This document shows positions 37,270 through 49,535 of a stretch of DNA of 64,000 nt, piece after piece; the stretch's first letter is position 1, and each line of letters begins with the position of its first letter. The stretch is from Tubulanus polymorphus. Taxonomy: Eukaryota > Animalia > Nemertea. Both the position numbers and the translations under genes were made by a program. Under the pieces are notes generated by a model that worked only from the letters and a program-made list of their open reading frames with translations, did not search any database and was not told the origin of the DNA. The DNA is taken from positions 5,518,001 through 5,582,000 of the forward strand of contig NC_134025.1 of the NCBI RefSeq assembly GCF_964204645.1, written 5' to 3'.

Positions 37270-39199
37270 TCAATCCGACATGTAAGTGCGCTTGTCCAAC
37301 AGTTTCCTTATTGCAGAGTCCCAGTTATTTCCTAGTTCAAGAGTCGAATAAAGAATTGGGTATTTGTTGTCGATATCATGACAGAACTCGAGACTGTCCA
37401 GCATTTTTGGAAAGAGTTCTACTTTCACATTTTGCCATTCAGAAGTTCCTGCATCCATCATGTTTTGTATCAAATAGCTTTGAATTGTGGATGGATTCAG
37501 TGATTGCTCAAGTATTCTATGTTCGAAATAAAGCATTATCACGACAAGAATAATCAATGTGTTGAACAACAAAAATCCATCATTCATTGCTTTCGCACCT
37601 ATTCAAACAAAAAGATTGAGTAAAATTAGTTCTATGGAATAAAATTGTTGTACAATTTAATTTAACCCTTTCACTGCTGACTGATCAATACCCTATAGCG
37701 CTGGACATAATTTGAAAATTTTGAAAAATTCTGCGCTAGTGTTGAATTACGGGAATACCACGGTGCGTCTACACCGCGTCACAGTGTATTGTTATAGTTA
37801 CTAATATTTCACTATGTTTGACAGGTGCTGCCATCTTTCAATAGAGATAAAAACTAATTACTAATTACATCAATACATCGCAGTGCGGTGTACTAGCAAA
37901 ATCCATCACGGATTCATACACCGCACTGCAGTGTAGACGCACTGAAAGGGTTAATTGCAGAGTCATCAATAACAGCACACAGGGCCAAACAAACGGGACA
38001 CCACTTACCCAAAGATTTTAACCCAGCATTAATGAGCAACATTCTAAGCTCTTTTTCAGGAATAGCGAGAATTTCTTGCACCTTCTCACTGAAATCCCAA
38101 AAATGTTTCTGCAATGAGAGAAGTTAACAATTACTGTCATGTCCGTTGTAAAAAATAGAAATAATGTTTTTGTGCAATTTCACATCTAGGAGCCTAACTC
38201 ATTCATTTACCTGATTATCTTGTAACTGGAAAACATTCTTCAGATCATCTGGAGTAAGTCTTCTTGATGGCTTGATGATAAACCATTCATCTGAAAAATA
38301 AATTTAGTACATGTATATAACTACAAGATCATGCATATACATCAACTATCAAACTGACGTTTTTAAACTTGACTTTCAGATAATAACAACAAACTAAGAT
38401 TCACCTTCCATCTGTAGAAATGGTTCCAAAAGGTAACAGTTATCACTTTGTTCTTTCTCATCATCCTAAAAAGTAATTTCAGACACAGATTTACTCTAGA
38501 ACCGGTACATGATTCTTCAGTTTTTAAAGTACATAATGCAGCACATTAAAAGTACTGGAAGACAACATAAATTTACTTTCCAACTGTTATTGTTACCTAC
38601 ATGCACATCCTAAGAAAACGTGAATATAAGTTACTGGAATAGGAACCTAACCTAGTTATGTGATAGATAAATCTAATTTTCTATTGAATTGAGCGATGAA
38701 TTTACAAAAGCAGTGAACAGCTGATAAATGCAAGCCAACAACAGACTTACTGAATAAATATCAAGTGAACATGGCACCAAATGGCAACTGTAATCACTAA
38801 GTTCTTTCATATCATCCTAAAGAGTAACATCACATACAAGTCTACCCTAGGATCAGTACATGATTCTTCAGCTTTGAAAGTACATAATTCAGCACATCAA
38901 AAGTACTGGAAGACAACATGAATTTACTTTCCAACAGTTATTGTTACCTACATGCACATCCTAGGAAAAGGTGACTAATAAGTTACTGGAATGGGAACCT
39001 TACCTAGTTACCGGTACATGATAATTAAATCTAGTTTTCTATTAAATTGCGCAATGAATCTAGAGAAGCAGTGAACACCTGGTAAGTGCAAGCATGGACT
39101 CTGGTCCATGGTGCAAGCCACAGAGGCTCGTATTTGAAGTTTGGGGGTGAACTGTTGCTTAGATCGTCCAATATCCAAACTACTATATATATAAGAAGA

Positions 39200-39249
<50 letters not shown>

Positions 39250-42200
39250 CATGGATATTGGATGATCTTAGCAACAGTTCACCCCCAAACTTCAAATACG
39301 AGCCCCTGTGGTGCAAGCCAACAACAGACTTACTGAATAAATATCATCTGAATCAATGTAACTTCGAAGTGAACGATCAGGCAACACTTTTATCATGGGA
39401 GGTAAAATTTTCTGACTACTGGTATTGGTCGATTTTGAAATCTCCCGTTCGACACAATGACCATCAATTATATCTCTAAAATTGCGTGGAGGAAAAACCT
39501 TTTTCATAGGAAGCTCAGCTTTCCTCCAAGATATAACAGGCTCGGGTATAGTCAAATCTGTAAAAAAAACAAAAGCCAAAAATATTTTGTTGACTTACAT
39601 ACCTCTTCAAATTTCGTTAAGTCCTGTAGGTACGTAGGCTTTCTGGCTGAGAACAGAAAAGATTGTCGAGTCAGTAAAACATGTACCATTGGTCTTATGG
39701 TAAGTGAATTTGAACAATACACACACATGTTAATAATACATATTACAAAATTATTTTACTGTTTTGTTACCATTTTCATTGTCATCTGATTTTGTTTTCA
39801 TACATGCATCTTCATCGCTGTCAGGAACTGGCAATTTATTCTGATCTCCAGCATAAGTATAGGTAGTCGGACTGCCGCCAAAGGAAAAAGCATCTACTTG
39901 ATCAGTCACTGTTCTTGGTAATGAAATCATATCCAGAGACTGTTCTTTGAATCTAATTCTCGGCATAGCTCTGATCATTTTCTTTTTTTCAAATACTCCT
40001 GAATCCCTTCCAAAACCACGGTGGCCAGATGTCAGTCCATCATGTTCTACTGGAGAGAGGGCACTGCTAGAACCAAACCCAGCTGTTGCAGGTGTAGAAC
40101 TACCTAACGTTGTGGCTTTTTCCAGAAGTGATGAACCAAAACTAACACTATCAGTACATGCATCTGGTCTTGCAGTGGAGTGTGTACCCCTAATCGATGA
40201 TCTTATCTTCAATTTTCTAGCACTTTGACCATCTATCGATATTTTTTTCTTAGTAGCTGCTGTTGCTGCGTAAGTAGTTTCTGTTAATAATGCTTCAGCT
40301 CCACTACCAAAAGTTGTGGCTTTATCCAGACGCGATGAACCAAAACTAACACTATCAGTACATGCATCTTGTGTGACAATGGTGCGACGTAACCTACTCG
40401 CTGATCTTCTAAATTTTTCAATGTGTTCATCCAATAATGCGCCGTCTCTAGCACTTTGACCATCTAACGATATTTTTTTTTTAGTAGCTGCTGTTGCTGC
40501 TGAACTAGTTTCTGCTAATTCATCAGCTCCAAGCAGTGATGCCGCTCTTAGATCCTTTTGAATGGAAGGCGGGGGAGGTCCTGGTGCAGAAAACCCTCGA
40601 GAAACAATCGATGCTTGATCAGTAGATTTTCGCATGAAGGTAGATTTAGATTTAGAAGTAGATTTTCGCATGGCCAGAGGAGGTGGTGGGGCAGAAAACA
40701 TTTGTGGTGCCAAACATGCTTGAACATTAGACTTTAGAATGGTTCCCGGGTGAGTTCCTAAATTTCCAGAGAGTAGTTTGGGAATTGGTGGGGCTGAGCT
40801 CATTGAAGCTTTCAAAGCTAACTTTGGAAGGAGAGGTGGAGGGAGAGATTGTGTCAGAGGTGGTGGAGGAGGTGGTGGTGGGAGAGTAGGTGGCGGAGGT
40901 GGTGGTGGGAGTGTACATGGCAGAGGTGGTGGTGGGGGAGGTGTTGGTCTAGAAAACAAGTTTGATACTTGATAAGTCGACTTTTGAATGCGTGTTTGGG
41001 GAGTTGGAGGAGCAGATATCTTTGAAGCTTTTAAAGTCAATTCTGGCATAGGTGGTGGGACAGGTGGTGAGGGATATGGTGGGGCAATCATTGAAGCTTT
41101 TGGAGTAGACTTTGGCATGTGTGGTGGGACAGGTGGTGGGGAAATCATTGAAGTTTTTGAAAATTTCGTCAGGGGTGGTCCAGGTGGTGGGGGAGTGGAT
41201 AAAGCAGAAAATTCTGAAAATGTTTGAAACGCAGACTTTTGAATAGAAGGTGGAGTAAACTTTGAAGAAAAAAGCGGAAATCCCTTTTTAGCAGAAGCAT
41301 ATATACGCTTGGAAGCCTGAAGGGTATTTGAGGCTAATCTTAATTTTGATAATTGTTGTGAATCTAATTGTTCGGCTTTTTCATCAGCAATTAGGCCATA
41401 AGCATTGTCTGATCGTTGCCTCTGAGCAGAGGGAAGCTGAGAAAACTCTCTAGACCGTCGGGATATACCAATAGACATTCCTGGTAGATGATGAGACTTT
41501 TCTGATGTTTGCTGCAGGTGCAGTGGGGCTTCCGCTTCTGAAAGTATATTCATAATGAATCTATCTTGATAACTACTGTTATAATGTACCTGTATTTGAA
41601 ATATTGCACAGTATTATTCTGAATGCATGGAATGAAGTGGCCATTAATGAAAAAGCAGAGCTCAAAATCACTCATAATCATAAAACATACCAGTTGAAGA
41701 TACCGCATAATCACATTGTTCTTCTGTTTCCAGTAGGGAACTAACCATCTTATCATCAGGGATTGAATAGTAACCGCTGTAGAAATCATCGCTAATAGCC
41801 TCTGAAATGAAACAGTCACAGCTGCTTATCATGCGCAGTAAAGGTGTAGTACGAGATGGAAACTGAAAGAGACTACTCACCGATGCAGAACATTTCAGAA
41901 TCATCATAAACATCTTCAGAAGTTGATAAATATGATTCTGGCGGTGTCTTTATGGGAGCATCGCTCTCTTGCCAACCGATGTAGGGAAGAAAGTCAACAG
42001 TCTCCTCTTGTATAAGTTCATCAAACTGGGGTGAACTCAGTTTCTCATCCTTAAACAAATATGTGGAATGTTGAAATCCTAAAATTCATTTTGCTTCAAT
42101 AATCATAAGCGCACAACAATTTGACTCGCTGAGAAAAATATTTTATTAGTGCTAGTAATGTAGGGGTAAAAGGTCTGCGCATGTAGATATTGATTACCGG

Positions 42201-45200
42201 TACCTTTTCTCGTTTCTCAATAGCCACGAAGCTAGTCAAAGCTGTCACTATTGAATACTTTTTACTCAAATTGATTATGTAGTTCTTCCTTTTACGGACT
42301 GTAAATTCATGTTGTACACGATCTTTGTTTAACATTCCAACTTCCCAATCTTTGATAACTGAACGAGCGGTTAATCGATGAACAATCTGTGAATACAAAT
42401 GAAAATGATAAAATTACAAAAATTCAAATGTGTACCTTTGTCTCATCAAATAATTTGCCCTGGTCCGCTGTAAGCAAGACCTTAAGTAAGATTGAAGAAT
42501 TTATGATTAAAAAACCGAAACAAAACTGAGACGATATATGGCTTGACTGGACAAAACATAATATGAAATTGATGACTAACCTGACCATTAGTTCTGCTTA
42601 GTTCTGATGTCGACACAATTGTTTCCAATTCTCGATCACCAAATTTAGCTTTCAGTATGGCCTGAATGGGTTAAATAGTAAGTTCATAGTATCCATGCAA
42701 GGGACAACATATAAAAAGCACGACTTAAACAGAAGTGTTTTGTTATGATTCCTATGAAATATTATAAAAGTACCTGGTAACAATTTGATATGAATCCATA
42801 AACAACAAGACGCCTTCCATTAAACAATGAAGTAATTTGTTGTGGAGCTTGAATTACTACATTGTCATCAGCTCCCCATTCAATGGAAACTGAAGTAAGT
42901 GCTGGTTCATGTGTCATTTGCCACAAATCCTCTATCTGCGAGTGAAGTTATAAACAAATGATGAATACAAAGAGGCAAAAGAAAAGAGAGACAATAAGAT
43001 GATAAATAAATAAAAGAGATAATAAACTAACCTTCTCGGTCCAAGTAGATTTTCTTTTTTCATCAAGAAATATATATGCACCTCGGCCTGCACTTGCAAG
43101 CACTTTCAGATTATGTTGATTCGCCGTAGCACTGAAGCCGATTGTGAAAAGACGACTTTTTTCATTGCTTTCTTTCAATAACGACATCACCGAATTCATA
43201 TTATCAACATGACCATCCGAAAGAAGAATAATGTTATGTACACGTTTTTTTCCACTGATCATAAGGTATGAGTTTAGTGGCTTATACAACTCAGTATTCC
43301 CACCATCAGCCTAAAATGTAACAACGGATTGAATCGATATCTATTGTTTTTAGTATGGAAAAACAATTACTAGTAACATGTCTCTTAGGTTAACAAGAAC
43401 CTGTAATTATGTATGATGTACCTTAGGAACAAATCTTCTGATATCTTCAAGAGTTATTTCATCATCCAATGGATACCCCCAATATTCTGAATATCCTGTT
43501 CAATCAAAATCGAGAATGAAATTAAATACTTCTGAGCTGGTAGATCTTTCATTCATTAGTCAAATTTCTGCACTATATACTATCATACCTGTTCCAAACT
43601 TAGCCACATTGAAAGGTAAATTTTCTTCGTTTAAAAGTTCGGTCAGATAATTTGTCACTTGCCGTGCATGCTCTAATGATTTTCCAGCCATTGAATTTGA
43701 ACAATCTATCAGCAAAGTGTAACTCATTGTTTTAAAGTCGACGTTCATTTCAAATTCAGGGTAAAACGTCAACATGGCTGCCTAAAAAGATTTATATTTT
43801 CGAGTCAAACAATTTTCAAGCGCTTATTATCGAGAAAATATTTTTCCTTATCTTCACTAACTAACCTCACTATCCGGATAATCAGGTAAACTTTCAATCC
43901 ACATTCTGGGGACATGTATCTCGGCTAGTGAAATGACTAATTCAAATGAATCATCATTGCATAATCGTTCATTTTTTCCAAGTTGAACAACGGCTTTTGT
44001 GTCGGTTTTCTGAAGTTGAAAAAATAGAGTGTTTTTGTATTTATATCAATATTTGAATCAATCTCAATCAATCATTGTTTTCACCCAGTATTATGCTATG
44101 TTATGGATAATTGTGAACTTCGAACATACCTTAGTCAGGGTTCTGAAGTTTGGACAAGTAATCTTTTTGATAAGGAAAGGCATCTCAATGGATACATGCA
44201 ATGAGAAATCACTAACTTCACCATCAGCTTTGAGCATATCATGACATATCTGTATTAATAGTAAATGAATACTCTTAAATAAGTCAATCATTCAGTTGTA
44301 TTGGAGACTAAAAAGATTTGGAAAAATTATACGTACTTGTGTTGTAATGTCAAGATTCTTATCTTTCATCCATGGAGCAACAGCAGATCCAGCAATCTTG
44401 AATATCATGTCGTCTTGTAGGACTTGTAATTCAGTAACGTAAGTTATTTTGATGAGAACAGTGGCTTTTGGTGGTAAATTACCAACACTAACAGTAAATA
44501 TATTCTGTGAAATAAGAAAGTAATATATTACTACCATATGAAAATTTGCCAAAATTTCAGAACAGCATCAACAGAAAAGATTAGGCGAAATAAACTATTT
44601 ACTGGCATCTCTTCATCCTGATCCATCAGATAGGCACCATGTCCAGCCTCAACTGCTTCTTTATATTCTTTGCGAGCTGTCTCTTTCTCTTTCACTTCAC
44701 CGATGATATGTTTACCATTTATGAATGCTTCAAAACCACACACAGCAGCATTTTCATCCAACGGAAAAACATACTTTGCTTCTATAGGCGCATTATTTTC
44801 ATTCGTGTATGACTGCAATACAACTACCTACAAAATGAAAAACATGTATAAATGATCTTCAGATTGTAGTTGATGCGACACAAAATTGTTCTTGTTGCAT
44901 GTTTGACAGATAGTCTCTAATTTTTATAGGGCACACACCTCCGCAGCCAGATCAACGATCTTTCCACGAATATGTATTGACTTCAGCGGTACTGGCGTAT
45001 CGTTATCCGATACCAAACCAACTTTTACATTTTCCAATGGATCAGCAGCATTTTCAAAATCTGAAGCACGGAAAGAATGACAAAAATGGCAACTTATCTT
45101 CTGAACCTTCTGAATAAAACAAAACTTAAATTTTAAGATTTACATCGGTTATCCACATTGTCAGCGATATCTTGTTCTTCGTCTAGATCAATTTGAGTAT

Positions 45201-48200
45201 CATGTAATAAGTCCTGTTTTTCATTCTTATCAAAAATTTCTATGATATATCGCAATCTCTGCTGTTTCGCATCATATATCACATACTGATCATCCTAAAT
45301 TACAGAAGAAATGAACAATCATTTATTGTTCAATTGAGAATAAACTAAGTATAGATTAACTGTTTCTTATGGTACCTCAAAATCGCTAGTGTTTCCCTTG
45401 TGCGTGCCAACGCCTTGAGTGCTATTGAATCCAGGGGGAGCTGATTTCAGATCAGGGGCATTGTTGTAATAATCTTTTATTTTTCCCAAAGCAACCTCAC
45501 AAACAGCAATTAATTGATGCCGACTACCATTGCCTGGATGAGTATATTTCAAGCTTGTACTAGAAAAACAAAACCACATTAAACAATGTATTGCAGTTTC
45601 TGGTTAGTATATTTCAGATTTCACTGATCATACCTTATCGAATCAGCAAAGTATATTCCATGTCCTAGTTGTCCATTGTACATTTCAGTTGGGATGTAAG
45701 CTTTTGGTAATAGAAGACCTCTACAATTTGAAGGTTTTCAGATATTCCAAAAATTGGGACTAATAGAGAATGCCACACTAATATAACGAGAAAGATGATG
45801 TCCGAAAAGTTTCCTTTTAAGTAACTGGTAATTCATTGTTTTGACTACAACTTAATAGTCATCTTCCCGAGATCACTATTTGCAATTTATGAACATATGC
45901 TTAACTTACCGTGATAAAATACCCAAGAAGTTGTTTGTAGGAGAGCCATGAAACATGAGTCTTTGATTAGATATGTGCTTGGTGAATTCATTGGATTCTA
46001 TTGATCGATGAACTTTGTAGATATGAAACTCCATTTTACTTTTGACCTTCCTGAAGTACCAGTAAATACATAATTTGTTGTATTCATACAGTTAAAAATA
46101 TCTTTGAAAAAGCGCACAAACATAAGCCATACTGTGAAAGAGATTTCATGATCATATTGTTTATATTCTTGAAATCTGAATGATCTGGTTGAACCAATTC
46201 TAAGTCACATCTTAAAGCCTTATACTGAGCTACAGCACTGGGTTGTTTTTTCCAGCCAGTTGTCTCTGACACCGCAGAGATATCCCGAATTAGCTGCAAC
46301 AAACCATCATAAGAAATTTTAGTCAATGCAACACAAAGTTTGATAGGGCTTGTGAGCATTGAATAGATCTAAATTTTTTTAAGGTTTATCATTAAATTAT
46401 AAGTGGTGATTTGTACCGATACCTGACATAAATCTTGCTTTTGAGCGACATCTCTGTTCGACTTTATTTCCTCTTTATCACTACTCCCATGATGAGGTAT
46501 GATATCATAGAATTCATTAGAGAGCAGCCGTAGTTTTTCAACGGGAATCGGGTTGATTGAAAGGACTTTCTGTATTTCGTACAACACTGATTCAGCCTTC
46601 TCAACCTAAAATGCAGAAATATCCTATGTGTGTAAATTCATAATTCAACCAACTTCCACCTATTCACTTCATTGCGCAATATCTGTTTTTGATACCTTGT
46701 CATTTCCAATCTGTTTTATCCATTCAACACCACCCTCAACATCTCCGATAGAATCATTCCAAATGTTTTTCACAAATTTTCTAATAGCAGGTGAGATGGA
46801 TTGGCTTAAGAAATGGTTTTCTTTGAAGAACTGAAAAGAAGATTCATTGAAAAAAAAAGTTATGAATAATCAAGAATTTAACTTTCGTTTCAACTTGTGG
46901 TGCTGAACATTATTTACAAACCTTCCTTAAAAGTGGCGATCCCATCCCTGGTAATGGTTGAATGTTTTGAGACATATCGGAATTATCAATATAAGTGTCA
47001 GTGAATAATTTAGCATAAAAATCAAGAGCTTCATCTGCATTTTTTGGAAAGGCACACGCTCGTAACACTTGGTCCTGGACAGAAAGCACATTGATACAGT
47101 CAGATTACAAGTCCACAAGTCCACAAACAGCATGACTTCTACAATACTTCAAGAAATGTACGGTCATTGGTATACTTACATCTTCTTTCCCTTCCATATA
47201 AAGTCTGTAGCGGATGACATCCTTTTCTTCATTAGCCATATGCAACTCATAGATTACATAATCAGGTATGTCCTAGATTTTTTAACAGATGTTCTAAAAT
47301 CGCTACTCGAAGATGTTATCACATTATGATTATAGGTTTGGTGGAAGTGGTTAGGGGAAAAATTGGTGATAAAAACTCAGAAAACCACTTCATTATCCCT
47401 TTAAATGCTTGGACCAACATAGGCCTAACTTGGTATTATTCTTTACCTTTGGATTGATAGCATCCTCTTTTGAAAGAAGTTTTTGTGCAGTTTCAACCTA
47501 AGATAAAACATTTCATATATAAATAGGTCATGAAGATTATCTACATATTTGATAAGATAAATAAAAGGTGTAGGTGTACCTCAAAATATCTCAAATGTGC
47601 TCTAGCAATGCTGTACATGTCAGGCCAATGTGGTATGTTCTTATCAACTCCGATTTCCCATAGCTGAGCATCATCTATTTCAATACTCTTTTCATTATGC
47701 GTATCTACAAGTGGTTAAGTAGTTCAAGAACAACTTCGAAGCAACTCAACTTATAATATGGATTTTCATTTTGGCACTCACCATCAATGCATGTTATTAA
47801 ACCTTTTTTAAATTCATGCGATTCCTCGCATTTCTTTGGTTGTGCAACCAAATATTGATTGGAATCCACTATTCTACCATTTTTAATGCAAGCATCAATG
47901 AATTGCTCTGTAACTATTGGTATTCCGAGTTTTAGCGCAGCCCGGCATTTGTATGTGGTATCTAGATCATCAATACCAACTGCAAGCAAGTAGTCGCTCT
48001 GACAAATAGAAACAAAATTAATCATTATTCGGATTTGACATTTTCTAGAATAGGCCTGTTATAGTCTAATAATAGCCTTAGCCGTTGTTTCAGGCAGGGT
48101 GACCCGTAGTCAGTAACCGTCTGCGGTTTAGTTTCACGATCGGATATTTTCACAAACCACAGAATATTTTCAGTTGGTATAAGCTCATCCGATTATAAAA

Positions 48201-48417
48201 AGCTTACCACCAACGATTAGGTAACTAACTAGGTGACCCGTAAGATTAGATTGTCTGGTATTTAGAAAAAGTATAGGCCTAATTTACTAACCTTTTTTGT
48301 TAGCATGTAAGATACAATGCCAGAATTGTCAGTGATTTTTTTGCGGATCTCTAATTTTTGCTTGAAATGAACTTTTATTCCAAACTCCACAACAATCTGC
48401 CGCGAAGTCAGTGCCAT
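37270..48417 (-). CDS. PARP4: protein mono-ADP-ribosyltransferase PARP4 (vault PARP)-like, multi-exon
   Basis: Start MALTSRQIVVEF at 48417 (in-frame stop upstream). Domain order: BRCT (KCRAALKLGIPIVTEQFIDAC), PARP regulatory (LSNEFYDIIPH), catalytic (MFHGSP..GIYFADS..SLKY..CEVALG), VIT (IEAKYVFPLDENAAVCGFEAFINGK), vWA with complete MIDAS (DCSNS, GNT, LSDG), Pro-rich region, MVP-interaction-like C-terminus (LQDNQKHFW..GLKSLG). A few junctions near 39560-39770 and 41590-41750 are ambiguous. Confidence 0.93.
37666..37950. mobile_element. piggyBac-type MITE in the last PARP4 intron
   Basis: TTAA|CCCTTTCACTGC ... GCACTGAAAGGG|TTAA: 12-bp TIR with 1 mismatch, CCC/GGG ends and a TTAA target duplication. 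Confidence 0.85.
38442..39346. repeat. tandem duplication of an exon-intron-exon segment of PARP4 (copy A 38442-38763, copy B 38793-39346)
   Basis: Shared blocks include gtacatgattcttcag, aaaagtactggaagacaacat, gttattgttacctacatgcacatccta and caagccaacaacagacttactgaataaatatca. Copy B is interrupted by transposon insertions. Confidence 0.9.
39119..39310. mobile_element. MITE with 59-bp TIRs and 8-bp TSD (P- or hAT-like) with an internal (TA)n tract
   Basis: TIRs 39119-39177 and 39252-39310 differ at 3 positions. GTGCAAGC is duplicated at 39111-39118 and 39311-39318. The element is absent from paralogous copy A. (TA)n at about 39204-39245. Confidence 0.9.
40098..40531 (-). repeat. coding tandem duplication of about 70 aa inside the large PARP4 exon
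   Basis: AATAATKKKIS(L/I)DGQSAR and DACTDSVSFGSS.L.KATT.GS each occur twice in the 600-aa ORF. Confidence 0.85.
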
Positions 48418-48659
48418 CTTTCTGCCAGACTCTGTCCGTTTCCTCTACCAGTACTGAAGAATTCTAGCCTAGAATTCACAAAAAAGTTAAACAATAATTT
48501 CTGGTCTAATTACTTTTGGTTACTTTTCATGTTTTCAATGAGAACAATTCAAACTTAAAAATGTTTTACCTGTTTTACATAAAATTAAAAAAAACTTTTA
48601 TTGAAACTGAACAACAGAACCCAGTGGCCGTATTGTAATTAGAGTAAAGCAGAATTTAC

Positions 48660-48990
48660 CTCACTTTTCCTTTCGCGAATAAATCAACAAATGACTTCAT
48701 GAGCCATAAATAGAACGCGATGATCTAAGACGGCAAAATATAAAAACAGAAAACGAAACTAAACAGCCCCGAAGTAAACAACGTAATCCCTAATGCGCGG
48801 CGCTCGGCTCCGGCCTTCGTTCGGAGCTATCCACTATTGGATTCGCGTGCCGCAGTATCCTATGCTATAAAGGCCTTTACCGCAGATTAGGGATCTCTCA
48901 TTGACTTCCGGGTTAGTTTTTTTTCACTAAATAAATGCACGTGGTGTATGGTCTAGATTTTTATGATATTGTGTTAATTGACATAAAACG
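48660..48990. promoter_or_regulatory. putative bidirectional promoter of PARP4 and PWP1
   Basis: Divergent ATGs lie about 1.1 kb apart, with candidate 5'UTR splice donors on both sides (minus strand near 48659; plus strand near 48990 and 49146). CpG-rich core, ETS site ACTTCCGG (48904-48911) and E-box CACGTG (48938-48943). Confidence 0.6.
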
Positions 48991-49535
48991 TAAGGGCTAA
49001 CGATAGATTCTTCGTTTATGCTGCATTTATACCATCATCGACCCCGTGTGTAAACCAACCCAAGGCGGAAAGAAACCCTGGCTGCCCTGCCCTTTTGCCA
49101 ATGCCATGTTTGCCCTGCCTGAAATGGCAATATTTACCTTCGGCTTCAGTTGTCACTTCTGGCAGGTAGCCTATGCCTGATTTGCCAATACACAATCATT
49201 GAATGGATTGTCATATATGCCAGATTTTTTTGTGATTGATGCAATCTGCTGAATGACAGAATCCAGGCTAAAATCTTTCTAGTGAAGATATCTTAAAATT
49301 AACCAATGGCAATGTACTGAATTGCTGAATTTTGAATCTGAAACATTGATATTTAATGTAATTGATTGAACCGTTTACGCGGAGAGGTGCGGATCTGCAC
49401 TTTTACCACGATTTGTACAATTCAATTGCAAATTTCAGTTTTTTAGATGAATGAAAAATCCCTTTTTTTAGGTGACCTGCAGACAATCTGATAATCTATT
49501 TCATAAGACCATACTTTCTTAAATGCATCAACAAC

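Noticed and set aside
39031-39479. Two opposite ORFs sharing DDLSNSSPPNFKYEPLW
   Set aside because: Artefact of the MITE terminal inverted repeats and the (TA)n tract.
40727-41227. Gly-rich and Thr-rich ORFs
   Set aside because: Alternative-frame and antisense readings of the PARP4 polyproline codons.
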